Of a stretch of DNA of 64,000 nt, positions 19,889 to 29,329 are shown in pieces (position 1 is the stretch's first letter; each line of letters opens with the position of its first letter). Below the pieces are notes generated by a model that saw only the letters and a list, made by a program, of their open reading frames with translations, was not told the origin of the DNA and did not search any database. A program made the position numbers and the translations under genes. Source of the DNA: Oceanispirochaeta sp. (lineage in GTDB: Bacteria > Spirochaetota > Spirochaetia > DSM-2461); assembly GCA_963663385.2 (NCBI GenBank), contig CAXXXD010000003.1:32001-96000 (forward strand). Direction: 5' to 3'.

Positions 19889-21424
19889 ATGCTGGAACTG
19901 AAGCAGGAGCAAAATGAGTACTGGTGGGGAGGCCGGGTGACTGACGGAACAGTCTACCCTGTTCTGAACGGACCCTATTCGCTGGACTTTGCTGCCGTGA
20001 GGGGCGCCAATCAGATGCAGCCTCTCTTTCTTTCCTCTGCAGGACGCTGGATATGGAGTGAGGAACCTTTTCGCTTCAACCTTGAGAACGGACTTATATC
20101 GGCTGAAGGCCGGGGAGAAATTGTGACTGGCCGGGCAGGCAGTTCCCTGAAGGAGGCCGCTTTGCACTGCAGCAGTACCTTTTTCCCTCCATCGGGAAAA
20201 ACGCCCGATCCGGATCTGTTCCGGAAACCCCAGTACAATACCTGGATTGAACTTATGTATAATCAGAATGAACAGGACATTCTGGAGTATGCGGAAAAAC
20301 TTCTGAAGGAAGGGTATCCGCCGGGTATCCTGATGATAGACGATACATGGCAGGAAGACTACGGCGTCTGGAATTTTCACCCCTCCCGCTTTTCCGATCC
20401 TGCCGGTATGGTCAAAACCCTCCATGAATGGGGATTTAAAGTCATGCTCTGGGTCTGTCCTTTTGTTTCGGCTGATTCCATTGAGTACCGCTGCCTGGCA
20501 GAGGATGGGTATCTTCTTATGCAGGAGGGAGAAAGCGATGTCCTGTGGTCGAATACAAGCAATGTACCAGCCATTATACGCTGGTGGAACGGGGCCAGCG
20601 GTGTTCTGGATCTGACCAACCCGGGGGCGGAGAGCTGGTTCCGGGATAAGCTGGACCGGCTTCAGAATGAGTATAGTGTGGATGGTTTTAAATTTGATGC
20701 GGGGGATCCTGTTTTCTACAGGGGAGATTATAAAACATATAAACCGGTCAGCGCTGAGGAGCAGTGTTCCCTGTATGCCCGTATCGGTCTCAGTTATGAT
20801 CTGAACGAGTACCGGGCCTGCTGGAAAATGGGAGGGCAGGCTCTGGCTCAGCGTCTACATGATAAGAAGCATACCTGGGAGGATCTGGCAGCCCTGGTCC
20901 CGCAAACCCTTATACAGGGCCTGGCGGGATATCCATTTTCCTGTCCCGATATGATCGGGGGAGGAGAATACCTCTCGTTTCTGAATCTGGATTCCATTGA
21001 TCAGGAGCTGGTTGTCCGTTCCGCCCAGTGTTCCTCCTTAATGCCCATGATGCAGTTTTCCGCCGCACCCTGGCGGATACTGGATGAGAAGCACCGTAAA
21101 CTCTGCCAGGAAGCGGCCCGGTTACATACTGAACGGGGCAACCTCTTTCTCCGGCTGGCCGATGAAGCGGCCCGAACGGGGGAACCGATTGTCCGCTCAC
21201 TGGAATATTCCTTCCCGGGAGAAGGCTTTGAAGAGGTTGCCGACCAGTTTCTTGTCGGAGAGAGCCTGATGGTCGCCCCGGTAGTAAGGAAAGGGCAGAG
21301 GTCCCGTCCCGTTCTATTTCCCTCCGGATTGTGGAAGGATTCTGAAGGGACAATATGGGAAGGACCGGGCGAACAGGAGGTTGATGCTCCGCTGGAAAAA
21401 CTCCTCTGGTTTGAAAGGGTCTGA
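19889..21424 (+). CDS. glycoside hydrolase family 31
   Basis: PQYNTW, IDDTWQ, GFKFDAGD nucleophile, PDMIGGG acid/base, DQFLVGESLMVAPV. Confidence 0.9.
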   Translation: MLELKQEQNEYWWGGRVTDGTVYPVLNGPYSLDFAAVRGANQMQPLFLSSAGRWIWSEEPFRFNLENGLISAEGRGEIVTGRAGSSLKEAALHCSSTFFPPSGKTPDPDLFRKPQYNTWIELMYNQNEQDILEYAEKLLKEGYPPGILMIDDTWQEDYGVWNFHPSRFSDPAGMVKTLHEWGFKVMLWVCPFVSADSIEYRCLAEDGYLLMQEGESDVLWSNTSNVPAIIRWWNGASGVLDLTNPGAESWFRDKLDRLQNEYSVDGFKFDAGDPVFYRGDYKTYKPVSAEEQCSLYARIGLSYDLNEYRACWKMGGQALAQRLHDKKHTWEDLAALVPQTLIQGLAGYPFSCPDMIGGGEYLSFLNLDSIDQELVVRSAQCSSLMPMMQFSAAPWRILDEKHRKLCQEAARLHTERGNLFLRLADEAARTGEPIVRSLEYSFPGEGFEEVADQFLVGESLMVAPVVRKGQRSRPVLFPSGLWKDSEGTIWEGPGEQEVDAPLEKLLWFERV

Positions 21425-21433
21425 TCCCGTTCA

Positions 21434-21589
21434 CTACCTGTTCAAGCACACCAGATTCATACATCTTCCGCCTTTCTCCAGAGTCAGGAGGTTTTCATAG
21501 GTCGTATCCCGGATATTATCTACCGCCTCTCTGGTGAAAAAGGCCTGGTGAGCTGTAATCAGTACGTTGGGGAAGGTCTGCAGCCGGGA
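21434..21589 (-). pseudogene. ldhA: C-terminal remnant of a D-lactate/2-hydroxyacid dehydrogenase
   Basis: Translates to SRLQTFPNVLITAHQAFFTREAVDNIRDTTYENLLTLEKGGRCMNLVCLNR*; the N-terminal part of the enzyme is absent. Confidence 0.85.
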
Positions 21590-21641
21590 ACTCCTTTTTA
21601 AAGGAATAATATGTATATACCTCGGGAATGATCATTAGAAG

Positions 21642-22418
21642 ATGGATATTCCTGAGATAAATAGGTATATTTCACGTATGTTAGTTCAGCAGCCCTATGG
21701 GGCGCCTCATATAGAATACGTCGACCGGGTCATTATTAACCGCTATTGGGAATCGGAGGAACATATCCGTCCTGTCTGGAAACTCTACTGGAACAAGCGG
21801 GAGGGTGCGGTTTTAACCTTTCAGGGAAAAAAAGTAGAGCTGCTGCCGGACCGTTTCTATCTGATTTCTCCCATGACGCGCTATGTCCCTTACTGCCGTG
21901 AGAATGTGGAACATTTCTATATTCATTTCAAACTGCCCCGGGAGTACGGTTCTCCGCCCCAGGGCATATGGGAAATCCCGACTGGCAGATTCCGTTATAA
22001 ACAGGTATCCCGGACGGATTCCGGTTTTCTGCTGCTTGAAATAATCTGCTACTCTCTGGGGCATCTGCCTACCGGTCTATTTGATCAGGATCACCCCGAT
22101 CCATTGGGAGATCTTTTTCTCTGGCTGGAGGAGCACCTGCATGAAAACTGCCGGAACTCCGTGCTGGCCGGGATTTCCGGTTACACCGAGGATACCCTCA
22201 ACAGGATTTTTATCCGGGAGACCGGGTTAAGTCCCCAGAAATATGTGCAGGGTCTGCGGGTTACCCGTGCTGCCAATCTGTTGAAGCGGACATCCCTTAC
22301 AATCGAAGAGATCGCCGAGCAGTGCGGTTTTTTCGACAGGTCCCACTTCCACCGGGTATTTCAGAAAAAAATCGGCTTGAGTCCTGTCCGGTTCCGGAAG
22401 GTGATGGGGGAGTTATGA
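21642..22418 (+). CDS. AraC family regulator
   Basis: EEIAEQCGFFDRSHFHRVFQKKIGLSP. Confidence 0.9.
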   Translation: MDIPEINRYISRMLVQQPYGAPHIEYVDRVIINRYWESEEHIRPVWKLYWNKREGAVLTFQGKKVELLPDRFYLISPMTRYVPYCRENVEHFYIHFKLPREYGSPPQGIWEIPTGRFRYKQVSRTDSGFLLLEIICYSLGHLPTGLFDQDHPDPLGDLFLWLEEHLHENCRNSVLAGISGYTEDTLNRIFIRETGLSPQKYVQGLRVTRAANLLKRTSLTIEEIAEQCGFFDRSHFHRVFQKKIGLSPVRFRKVMGEL

Positions 22419-22439
22419 TTGCGTTACAATATATGGTAA

Positions 22440-24518
22440 TCATAAAAGATCTTCAGTTGTAGCAACCCTGTTCCTGCCGTTCTGTTTGGCAAAATAGAGG
22501 GCATTATCCAGCTTTTTCAACAGATCTTCACTTTTCCCGCTCTCTTCGGAAGAGGCTACCCCGAAGCTGCATGTAACCGGCCCGACCGTTTTGAAATTAT
22601 GGGATTCCAGAACCTTTCTCAGGGTCTCGGCCAGAAAGGCCGCGCCCTTTAAATTGGTACCCGGACAGATAATCAGGAATTCCTCTCCGCCCCATCTGCC
22701 GAAAATGTCAGTTCTTCTCAGCTTTTCTCCCACCAGTCTGGCAAGGGTTATAAGTACCTCATCTCCCTCCAGATGGCCGAAACTGTCATTAATCAGTTTA
22801 AAATGATCTATGTCAAACATTATCAGGGCATAGTTTATATTTACCCGTTTTCGAAGATTGTGCTGTGTTTCCAGCGTCCTGTCCAGTTTCCTCCGGTTGT
22901 AAATTCTGGTTAAGGCATCTGTTTCGGATAGGGAGGACAGTTCCTTTTCTGCGCTGATATCATGCCCCACAGTTATATAGCCGGTTTTCTCTCCGAAGAT
23001 ATTATAGAGGGGAAGGGTATAAGCTTTTGACCAGTAGTAAGACCCGTCCTTTTTTAAGTTTTTGATCTCTCCTTCCCAGAGCTCCTCCCTGGATATACTC
23101 TCACGGTACTCTTCCAGAAATGATGCAGGAATATCCGGGTGCAGAGTGGTTTCGTAGTTTCTGGATAGCAGGTCGGTTTCATCAAAACCGGATATACTGC
23201 AATAGGCTTTGCTTGCCTGTGTTATAGTTCCTCTGCAGTCTGTCCGGATGATGGGCACATTATTGTTTATAATATCCACATAGGCATTAAGCTGCTGTTC
23301 CGCTGCCTTTTGTTCTGTAATGTCCCTGGCCACACCGCGGTACCCTTTCAGTGTTTCCGATTCCCTGACGATTATCCCGTTCATAAGCAGACAGAGCTTT
23401 TTCTTTTCCTTTCCCTCCATCCACAATTCCAACCCGCGGATCCATGGTTCATCTTCATTGATATTCACCTGATACAGCCGGGCGGTCATTTTCTCTTTAG
23501 ACTCTTCGCTCATTAAATCCAGAAGATTTTTTCTTATTAAATCTTCAGGACTATAACCGAACAGATTCATAACCGAGCCGGATGAGTAGGTCAGGTTCAT
23601 CTTACTGTCACACTCCCATACCCAATCGGAGGAAACCATGGCAAAATCTTCAAACCGTTCCTGATTTACCCGGAGTTCTTCGGATTTTTCATAGAGTTTA
23701 TAGATGAGGTATTCAAGGAAAAACAGAATAGAAAGGTATATGAGAACGAGAGTTACCACCTCCATGGGTTGCAAGTTATTTTCTTTATAAGGAGCAATTG
23801 TTATTGTCCACTCCCTGTCGGGAAGAACAACCTGAGTCGATAGGGCGCGATCATTCCCATATATTTCGGATGATCCGAACAGGGGGATCTGAGTGTCCGA
23901 TTCACTTCTGTTATCCATAATAGCCAGGTAAACACTGTTTTCCCGGGCCAGATCGCTAATGGGAGCGATTAGACTGTCAAAATCCAATATAGATGACACA
24001 ATCCCCCAGAAACGGTCAGGGTCATGATCCTGAAAAACGGGTACCCTGCCGATAAGACCGACACCTCCCTGAATCAGTTCCAGGGGGCCTGCCAGTATCA
24101 TCCGGTTTTCATCCCGCGCCTTCCTAACCTGTTCCCACTGATCCGGCAGGGATCGGTAATCAACTCCCAGCACCGCTTCGTTCCCTTCCAGGGGATACAC
24201 GTCCTTGATTATGAGATCCGGTGCGATCACAACATTCTTGAGATTATTATACTGCCTGAATAGCTGCTCCGCCAGGGCGTAAAATTCCTCATGGGCTGCT
24301 TCCGGATGAAGCGACACATACGCGGCTATATTATATATGATCAGAAAATTGCTGTTGATGGAATATTCCAGCCGGTTTCTTAATGACGACAGGATGGAAA
24401 GGTTTCTTTCTCTGCTCTTGTTCTGCTTTTGAATGAAGGCTACAGTTCCAATAAAAACGAAAAACAGTGTTACCAGTATAAAAAGCCCGGCACTATTACG
24501 AATATACTTTTTTCTCAT
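22440..24518 (-). CDS. diguanylate cyclase with CHASE and two PAS domains
   Basis: LAGPLELIQGG CHASE; PAS/PAC; RWGGEEF with RxxD I-site; start uncertain. Confidence 0.9.
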   Translation of the reverse strand: MRKKYIRNSAGLFILVTLFFVFIGTVAFIQKQNKSRERNLSILSSLRNRLEYSINSNFLIIYNIAAYVSLHPEAAHEEFYALAEQLFRQYNNLKNVVIAPDLIIKDVYPLEGNEAVLGVDYRSLPDQWEQVRKARDENRMILAGPLELIQGGVGLIGRVPVFQDHDPDRFWGIVSSILDFDSLIAPISDLARENSVYLAIMDNRSESDTQIPLFGSSEIYGNDRALSTQVVLPDREWTITIAPYKENNLQPMEVVTLVLIYLSILFFLEYLIYKLYEKSEELRVNQERFEDFAMVSSDWVWECDSKMNLTYSSGSVMNLFGYSPEDLIRKNLLDLMSEESKEKMTARLYQVNINEDEPWIRGLELWMEGKEKKKLCLLMNGIIVRESETLKGYRGVARDITEQKAAEQQLNAYVDIINNNVPIIRTDCRGTITQASKAYCSISGFDETDLLSRNYETTLHPDIPASFLEEYRESISREELWEGEIKNLKKDGSYYWSKAYTLPLYNIFGEKTGYITVGHDISAEKELSSLSETDALTRIYNRRKLDRTLETQHNLRKRVNINYALIMFDIDHFKLINDSFGHLEGDEVLITLARLVGEKLRRTDIFGRWGGEEFLIICPGTNLKGAAFLAETLRKVLESHNFKTVGPVTCSFGVASSEESGKSEDLLKKLDNALYFAKQNGRNRVATTEDLL

Positions 24519-24578
24519 GATCAATATAGTACGTCCTGGAAACATCTCTTGTCAAAGGTATGTTTCCAGGACTGCCGG

Positions 24579-26399
24579 CTAATTCAGCAGAGCCCTGGTT
24601 TGCTGATCTTTTAACTGAAAAAAGGATACCGTTCTTTCCAGCATATTAGCCTGTTCCGCAAGGTCTTCCGAGGTAGCGGATATCTCCTCCGAAAAACTGG
24701 CGTTCTGCTGTACAACCCTGTCCAGTTGCAGAATCGCGCTGTTTACCTGTTCGACACCCGAACTCTGTTCATTGCTGGCTGCGCTTATCTCTCTTACCAG
24801 TTCGGATGTCTGCTTAATATTCACTATCAGTCTGGAGATCATTTCAGCTGCGGATTCCGCACTTTTACTCGTTTCCTGAGAGAGTTCGGTTATCTCCCCT
24901 GCGGCTTCCTGACTGTTCTCCGCCAGTTTCCTGACCTCAGATGCCACGACGGCAAAACCCTTGCCGTGTTCTCCCGCTCTGGCTGCCTCAATGGCGGCAT
25001 TCAGAGCCAGCAGGTTTGTATTTCTGGCAATTTCCTGAATAATGGAAATCTTCTCTATAATTGATTTCATGGCTTCCACAGCTTCTTTTACAGCGGCTCC
25101 GCTCTCTTCTGCATCCCTGGCAGCCTGTTCCGCCATTTTCTCGGTTTGCATGGCATTGTGGGCATTCTGGGAAATATTCGAGCCCATTTCCTCCATAGAG
25201 GCGGATACCTCTTCCGCTGCTGTCGCCTGGGAGGAAGCTCCTTCCGACATCTGTGCTGTGTTGGAGCTGAGCTGAACACTGCCCGATGCAACAGAACCGG
25301 ATGCTTCCATAACCTTCCCGACAACATCGGCTATCTTGACAGACATTTCCCGCAGGGCATTGGCAAGGTCTCCCACCTCATCATTCGTATAAACATCCAG
25401 AGTGGCATTCAAGTTTCCCCCCGCAAGTGTATTGGCAAACTGTACGCCCTTCTGCAGAGATCTGGTAATTCTGTTTAATATAGTTATGAAAACAAACAGG
25501 GAAATAAAGACTATGACAACCAGCAGGATAATGACATTCCTGACAAAGGCTGTCAGAGTAGAGGTAAATTCCGCAAGCGGGTAGGCAACGATCCATGTGG
25601 CTTCTTCATATTTCATGGCACCGTAAAAGGTATCGTTCAGCACCTTAAAACCCTCTCCCCTTACAGATTGTAAAAAGAACTTAAGCTCTTCGTCATTAAG
25701 GGATTTTCCAACCTTGTTCAATTCGGTATGTCCCATAATTGTAAAATTATTATCTATAAGAAAGGCTGTTCCATTGTGCGAGATCTGGAGACCTTCGAAA
25801 GTACTGGCAACGGAACTGGATTCGATTACACTCTGCAGCTCCTTTGGCGTAATTCCAATCTGTACAATCCCCGGAGCATCTTTTCTGGCCACTCCTATAT
25901 ACTGGAACAGTACTTTATCCACACCTCTGGGCGCCGGATCCTGAGCCAGGGTCAGGTCAGGATCCTTCAGAATCCGGAGGAAGGGTTTTGTCTGCTCCGA
26001 GGTTGCAAAATCAAACCCGAAAAATCCGGGAATATTCCCCCACCGGAGTACACCCTCGCCGTCGGTTACATGAATCTCGTCTATTCCGATCGCCTCGGCC
26101 AGGGCAGCCATGTTCTCCGTTTCGATTAAAGCGGGATCTGTCTGGATTGTTTCTGCAACAGATTTGGCAATACGGATGAAATTTTTATTAAGGGATTCTT
26201 TCAGAATATTAATCTGTTCCTGGGAATCCTTCAATGCCGTGGTAATCTCAGAAAGCTGCTCTTCAGCTGTAAGAAGCATCAAGTCATCGATGGAATTTCT
26301 CTGAAGTACATAGGAATAGGTTGAAACCAGAACGAGCGACACAATAAGGATCGCTGATATGGGAAGCAATATTTTAGTTTTAACACTGAGTTTTATCAT
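24579..26399 (-). CDS. methyl-accepting chemotaxis protein
   Basis: Two TM segments, [37 protein letters not shown]; its RBS is supplied by the IS right end. Confidence 0.95.
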   Translation of the reverse strand: MIKLSVKTKILLPISAILIVSLVLVSTYSYVLQRNSIDDLMLLTAEEQLSEITTALKDSQEQINILKESLNKNFIRIAKSVAETIQTDPALIETENMAALAEAIGIDEIHVTDGEGVLRWGNIPGFFGFDFATSEQTKPFLRILKDPDLTLAQDPAPRGVDKVLFQYIGVARKDAPGIVQIGITPKELQSVIESSSVASTFEGLQISHNGTAFLIDNNFTIMGHTELNKVGKSLNDEELKFFLQSVRGEGFKVLNDTFYGAMKYEEATWIVAYPLAEFTSTLTAFVRNVIILLVVIVFISLFVFITILNRITRSLQKGVQFANTLAGGNLNATLDVYTNDEVGDLANALREMSVKIADVVGKVMEASGSVASGSVQLSSNTAQMSEGASSQATAAEEVSASMEEMGSNISQNAHNAMQTEKMAEQAARDAEESGAAVKEAVEAMKSIIEKISIIQEIARNTNLLALNAAIEAARAGEHGKGFAVVASEVRKLAENSQEAAGEITELSQETSKSAESAAEMISRLIVNIKQTSELVREISAASNEQSSGVEQVNSAILQLDRVVQQNASFSEEISATSEDLAEQANMLERTVSFFQLKDQQTRALLN

Positions 26400-26460
26400 T
26401 ATACAAACTCCTATAAAAAGTCAATCATAAGCCTATTAACAAGCTTACAATTGAACCGGA

Positions 26461-27573
26461 TTACCCAGTTTTTACGGCATTGAATGCAGCCGCCTGCATC
26501 TTCAAGTACTTATCATCCGGAACCATCTTCAACGGATCAAAGGGTTCACGGGTTTTCAATATGGAGTACACTACCGTACTCATCTTTCTTGCAGAGGCGA
26601 TAATACTCGTGCCGCTGCCCTTGTTCTTCTTCATCGCTCTGTACTTCGTCATGATACGGTAATTGCCAGTCGTTTTCCGAGTTCTAACCATTCCCATAAC
26701 ACACTGAACAAATGCCGTTCTCAGTTCTACAGCCCCTCTCTTTGTTATATGCCCATGATGAATCGTCTCATTGGAGTTCTGCACCCATGGTACAAGACCG
26801 GCATAAGCCGAATACTTCTTGGCACTGGCGTACCGCTTGATATCATCCGTATAGGCCCTAATAGTCGATGCCGTTATCAATCCGACTCCCGGGATCGTCT
26901 GCAATAACTGTACATCCTCATCTTCCTTTACAAGTTCCAGCAGGACTTTCTCTAACTGCTTGACCTGGTTCGAAACCTGATCTATCGTAGAAAGCAGCGG
27001 TTCTATCGCTTTGGCAGCGCTTCCGAAACTCCTATGGTCCACGAGACCGATGAGGATGCGCTGCCTTTCTTTTTTACTCTGCAGCGCAGCTCTTTTTGTT
27101 TCAATTCCATACCCTAGAAGCAGTCCGTGAACCTGATTCTTCAAAGATACGACTGATTTAACAAGGATAGTTCTGGATTTAAGAACTCTACGGATATCCT
27201 CACTCTCCTGAGAACAAAGCTGTGATTCGGGAAGCATATCTTTTTCCAAGAACTCTGCTAGAGTTCTGGCATCATGCTTATCCGTCTTTTTCACTGATTC
27301 ATTTACAACTTTGAATTTCAGTGTATTCACAACCACCACCTCAATCCCTGCTAGCAATAGCTTGTTACGGAAGAACCGGGCATTTCCTGTTGATTCCACT
27401 GCAGCCCTAACATCAAGGCCCTCTTCTGTATAGGACACTGCTTTCTCAAGAAATGCTCTGTAACCGTCCTCAGAGGTCGGATACATTCCTGATTCACAAA
27501 TGCTTCTATCATCACTCAGGAAACAGACTGTTAACTGGGATTTGTGCAGATCCACTCCGATACTCATCTTCAT
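26461..27573 (-). CDS. IS110 family DEDD recombinase/transposase
   Basis: Minus strand by direct reading (track says +); GVDLHK, VEST, KTDKHDA (DEDD), TIPGVG, AYAGLVP..QNS; ATG 27573 follows AGGAG. Confidence 0.95.
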   Translation of the reverse strand: MKMSIGVDLHKSQLTVCFLSDDRSICESGMYPTSEDGYRAFLEKAVSYTEEGLDVRAAVESTGNARFFRNKLLLAGIEVVVVNTLKFKVVNESVKKTDKHDARTLAEFLEKDMLPESQLCSQESEDIRRVLKSRTILVKSVVSLKNQVHGLLLGYGIETKRAALQSKKERQRILIGLVDHRSFGSAAKAIEPLLSTIDQVSNQVKQLEKVLLELVKEDEDVQLLQTIPGVGLITASTIRAYTDDIKRYASAKKYSAYAGLVPWVQNSNETIHHGHITKRGAVELRTAFVQCVMGMVRTRKTTGNYRIMTKYRAMKKNKGSGTSIIASARKMSTVVYSILKTREPFDPLKMVPDDKYLKMQAAAFNAVKTG

Positions 27574-27587
27574 ACCTTCGCTCCTAT

Positions 27588-27773
27588 TGCCTAAAACAGC
27601 GCCTGTACGGTGAATTGATTCCATTCTCCTATCCGGTCTCGAAGACCATTGAATGTTTCGGTCACGGCTCTTCATTCTCCTGTACGGTCTCGGAGACCAG
27701 TAAAAATGGCGAACAGTAACCTGGCTGTTCTAAACGATGTTTAGAACATTGTATCAATCCACAAGCCTATGAA
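27588..27773 (-). ncRNA. putative bridge RNA, copy 1
   Basis: Mirror of 33115-33300; boundaries approximate. Confidence 0.7.
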
Positions 27774-28116
27774 GACTTTTTATCATTCCTCCTGTAATAG
27801 AATTTAAAAATCTGTTCACTTTAAATAACGTATAAATGAACTATCTAAACCAATCCTAAAAAAACGTGGTATAGAGTGCTTGGTATCTCTATGAAGTATT
27901 GTGATTATTGAGTAGGGATAGTAATGCCCGTTTGTTAATTCTGTGAAGGCCGAACGGCCCGTCTCATGACAGCGGCCATCCTGCCCGGTAAAAACACCAG
28001 CTCAATTCAGCTCCGTTAAAAATACGTTTCCCGGGAGTCAAAGGCATATCAAATAAGTGGTATTAAAGATCATATATTTTGAAGAGATATCGGGGATCAG
28101 GGCTTATAGTAGGGAT

Positions 28117-29322
28117 ATGAAAAAGAAAACCCCTGTGATTTCCGGCCTTTTATCGCTCTCTTTTATTGCCTTTATCTCCCTGGGACTGCCCGACGGCTTA
28201 CTGGGAGTCGCCTGGCCGGGGATCCGTCAGGATTTTTTCCTGCCCCTTGATGCATTGGGATCCCTCCTGGTTTTTTCCACGACCGGTTATATCCTGTCCA
28301 GTTTTTTCAGCGGAACCTTTGTCCGGCTGCTCGGATTGGGAGGCCTTCTCAGCATCAGCTGTTTCATTACGGCATCGGCTCTTCTGATCTACTCATTTAC
28401 ACCCTTCTGGATTCTTTTTGTTCTCTCCTCCATGCTGGGAGGAGTCGGGGCCGGAGCCATTGATGCGGGTATTAATACATATGTTGCCGGGAACCATAGT
28501 GAAAGGATGATGCAGTGGCTTCATGCCAGCTTTGGAATCGGAGTAACCCTCGGCCCACTTATCATGACATTCAGCATTGTTCATACCGGATTCTGGCAGC
28601 GCGGGTACCAGACTGTTGCCGCAGCGCAGCTGGTTCTGGCCGTCGTCTTCTTTACGACCCGATCATGGTGGAAGGGTCGGAAATACGAAGATGCTGTTCA
28701 GGAAACAGATCCTGTCAGTTTAACGGATACCCTCAAAGTCCCGGCCGCCTGGCTTGGTATGCTGATATTCCTGTTATACACAGGTGTGGAACTGGGGACC
28801 GGACTCTGGTCCTATACACTGCTTACCGAGTCCCGGGGAATCTCGCCGGGGACAGCCGGATTTGTAACAGGCAGCTACTGGGGAATGTTCACGCTGGGAA
28901 GAGTCCTGGCCGGATGGTATGCGCGGAAACTGTCTGTGGGGAATCTGATTTATATCAGTATCTTTCTGGCTCTTGCGGGAGTCCTTTTAATTTTATGCAA
29001 CATACATAACGTCCTGACCGTGGCAGGTTTTGTTTTAACAGGATTGGCAATCGCCCCTGTTTTTCCGGGGCTTGTTTCCGATACGGGAAACCGGGTCGGT
29101 TCGGAATTCGAGAAGCATACAATCGGGATGCAGATAGCGGCCGCCGGTGTGGGGGCCGCCATTATTCCGTCACTGGCGGGTGTTTTCGCCAGAATATTCG
29201 GGCTGGAAGTCATACCGTTTTTTATCCTGACAGCCCTGATCCTTTTGCTATTCTTTTTCCGTTTATCCCATGGTATGAAAAAGAACCGTCAGCCCGTAAG
29301 AGAGTCGTCCCTTACGGACTGA
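28117..29322 (+). CDS. MFS transporter
   Basis: About 12 TM segments; FISLGLPDGLLGVAWP, GAGAIDAGIN, WLHASFGIG. Confidence 0.9.
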   Translation: MKKKTPVISGLLSLSFIAFISLGLPDGLLGVAWPGIRQDFFLPLDALGSLLVFSTTGYILSSFFSGTFVRLLGLGGLLSISCFITASALLIYSFTPFWILFVLSSMLGGVGAGAIDAGINTYVAGNHSERMMQWLHASFGIGVTLGPLIMTFSIVHTGFWQRGYQTVAAAQLVLAVVFFTTRSWWKGRKYEDAVQETDPVSLTDTLKVPAAWLGMLIFLLYTGVELGTGLWSYTLLTESRGISPGTAGFVTGSYWGMFTLGRVLAGWYARKLSVGNLIYISIFLALAGVLLILCNIHNVLTVAGFVLTGLAIAPVFPGLVSDTGNRVGSEFEKHTIGMQIAAAGVGAAIIPSLAGVFARIFGLEVIPFFILTALILLLFFFRLSHGMKKNRQPVRESSLTD

Positions 29323-29329
29323 CGCAATC

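Larger units (their letters stand above)
26408..27788 (-). mobile_element. IS110-family element, copy 1 (1381 bp)
   Basis: Reverse complement of 33100-34480; bounded by CTCCT at 26408-26412 and 27789-27793; sub-terminal IR ATAAAAAGTC. Confidence 0.95.

Noticed and set aside
26461..27675. ORF track entry marked '+' (would imply direct-repeat IS copies)
   Set aside because: The sequence starts TTACCCAGTTTT, the reverse complement of the gene end, so the gene is on the minus strand and the copies are inverted
27800..28110. Possible riboswitch or gene relic in the MCP/MFS intergenic region
   Set aside because: No recognisable aptamer consensus or convincing reading frame by eye; an Rfam scan would be needed
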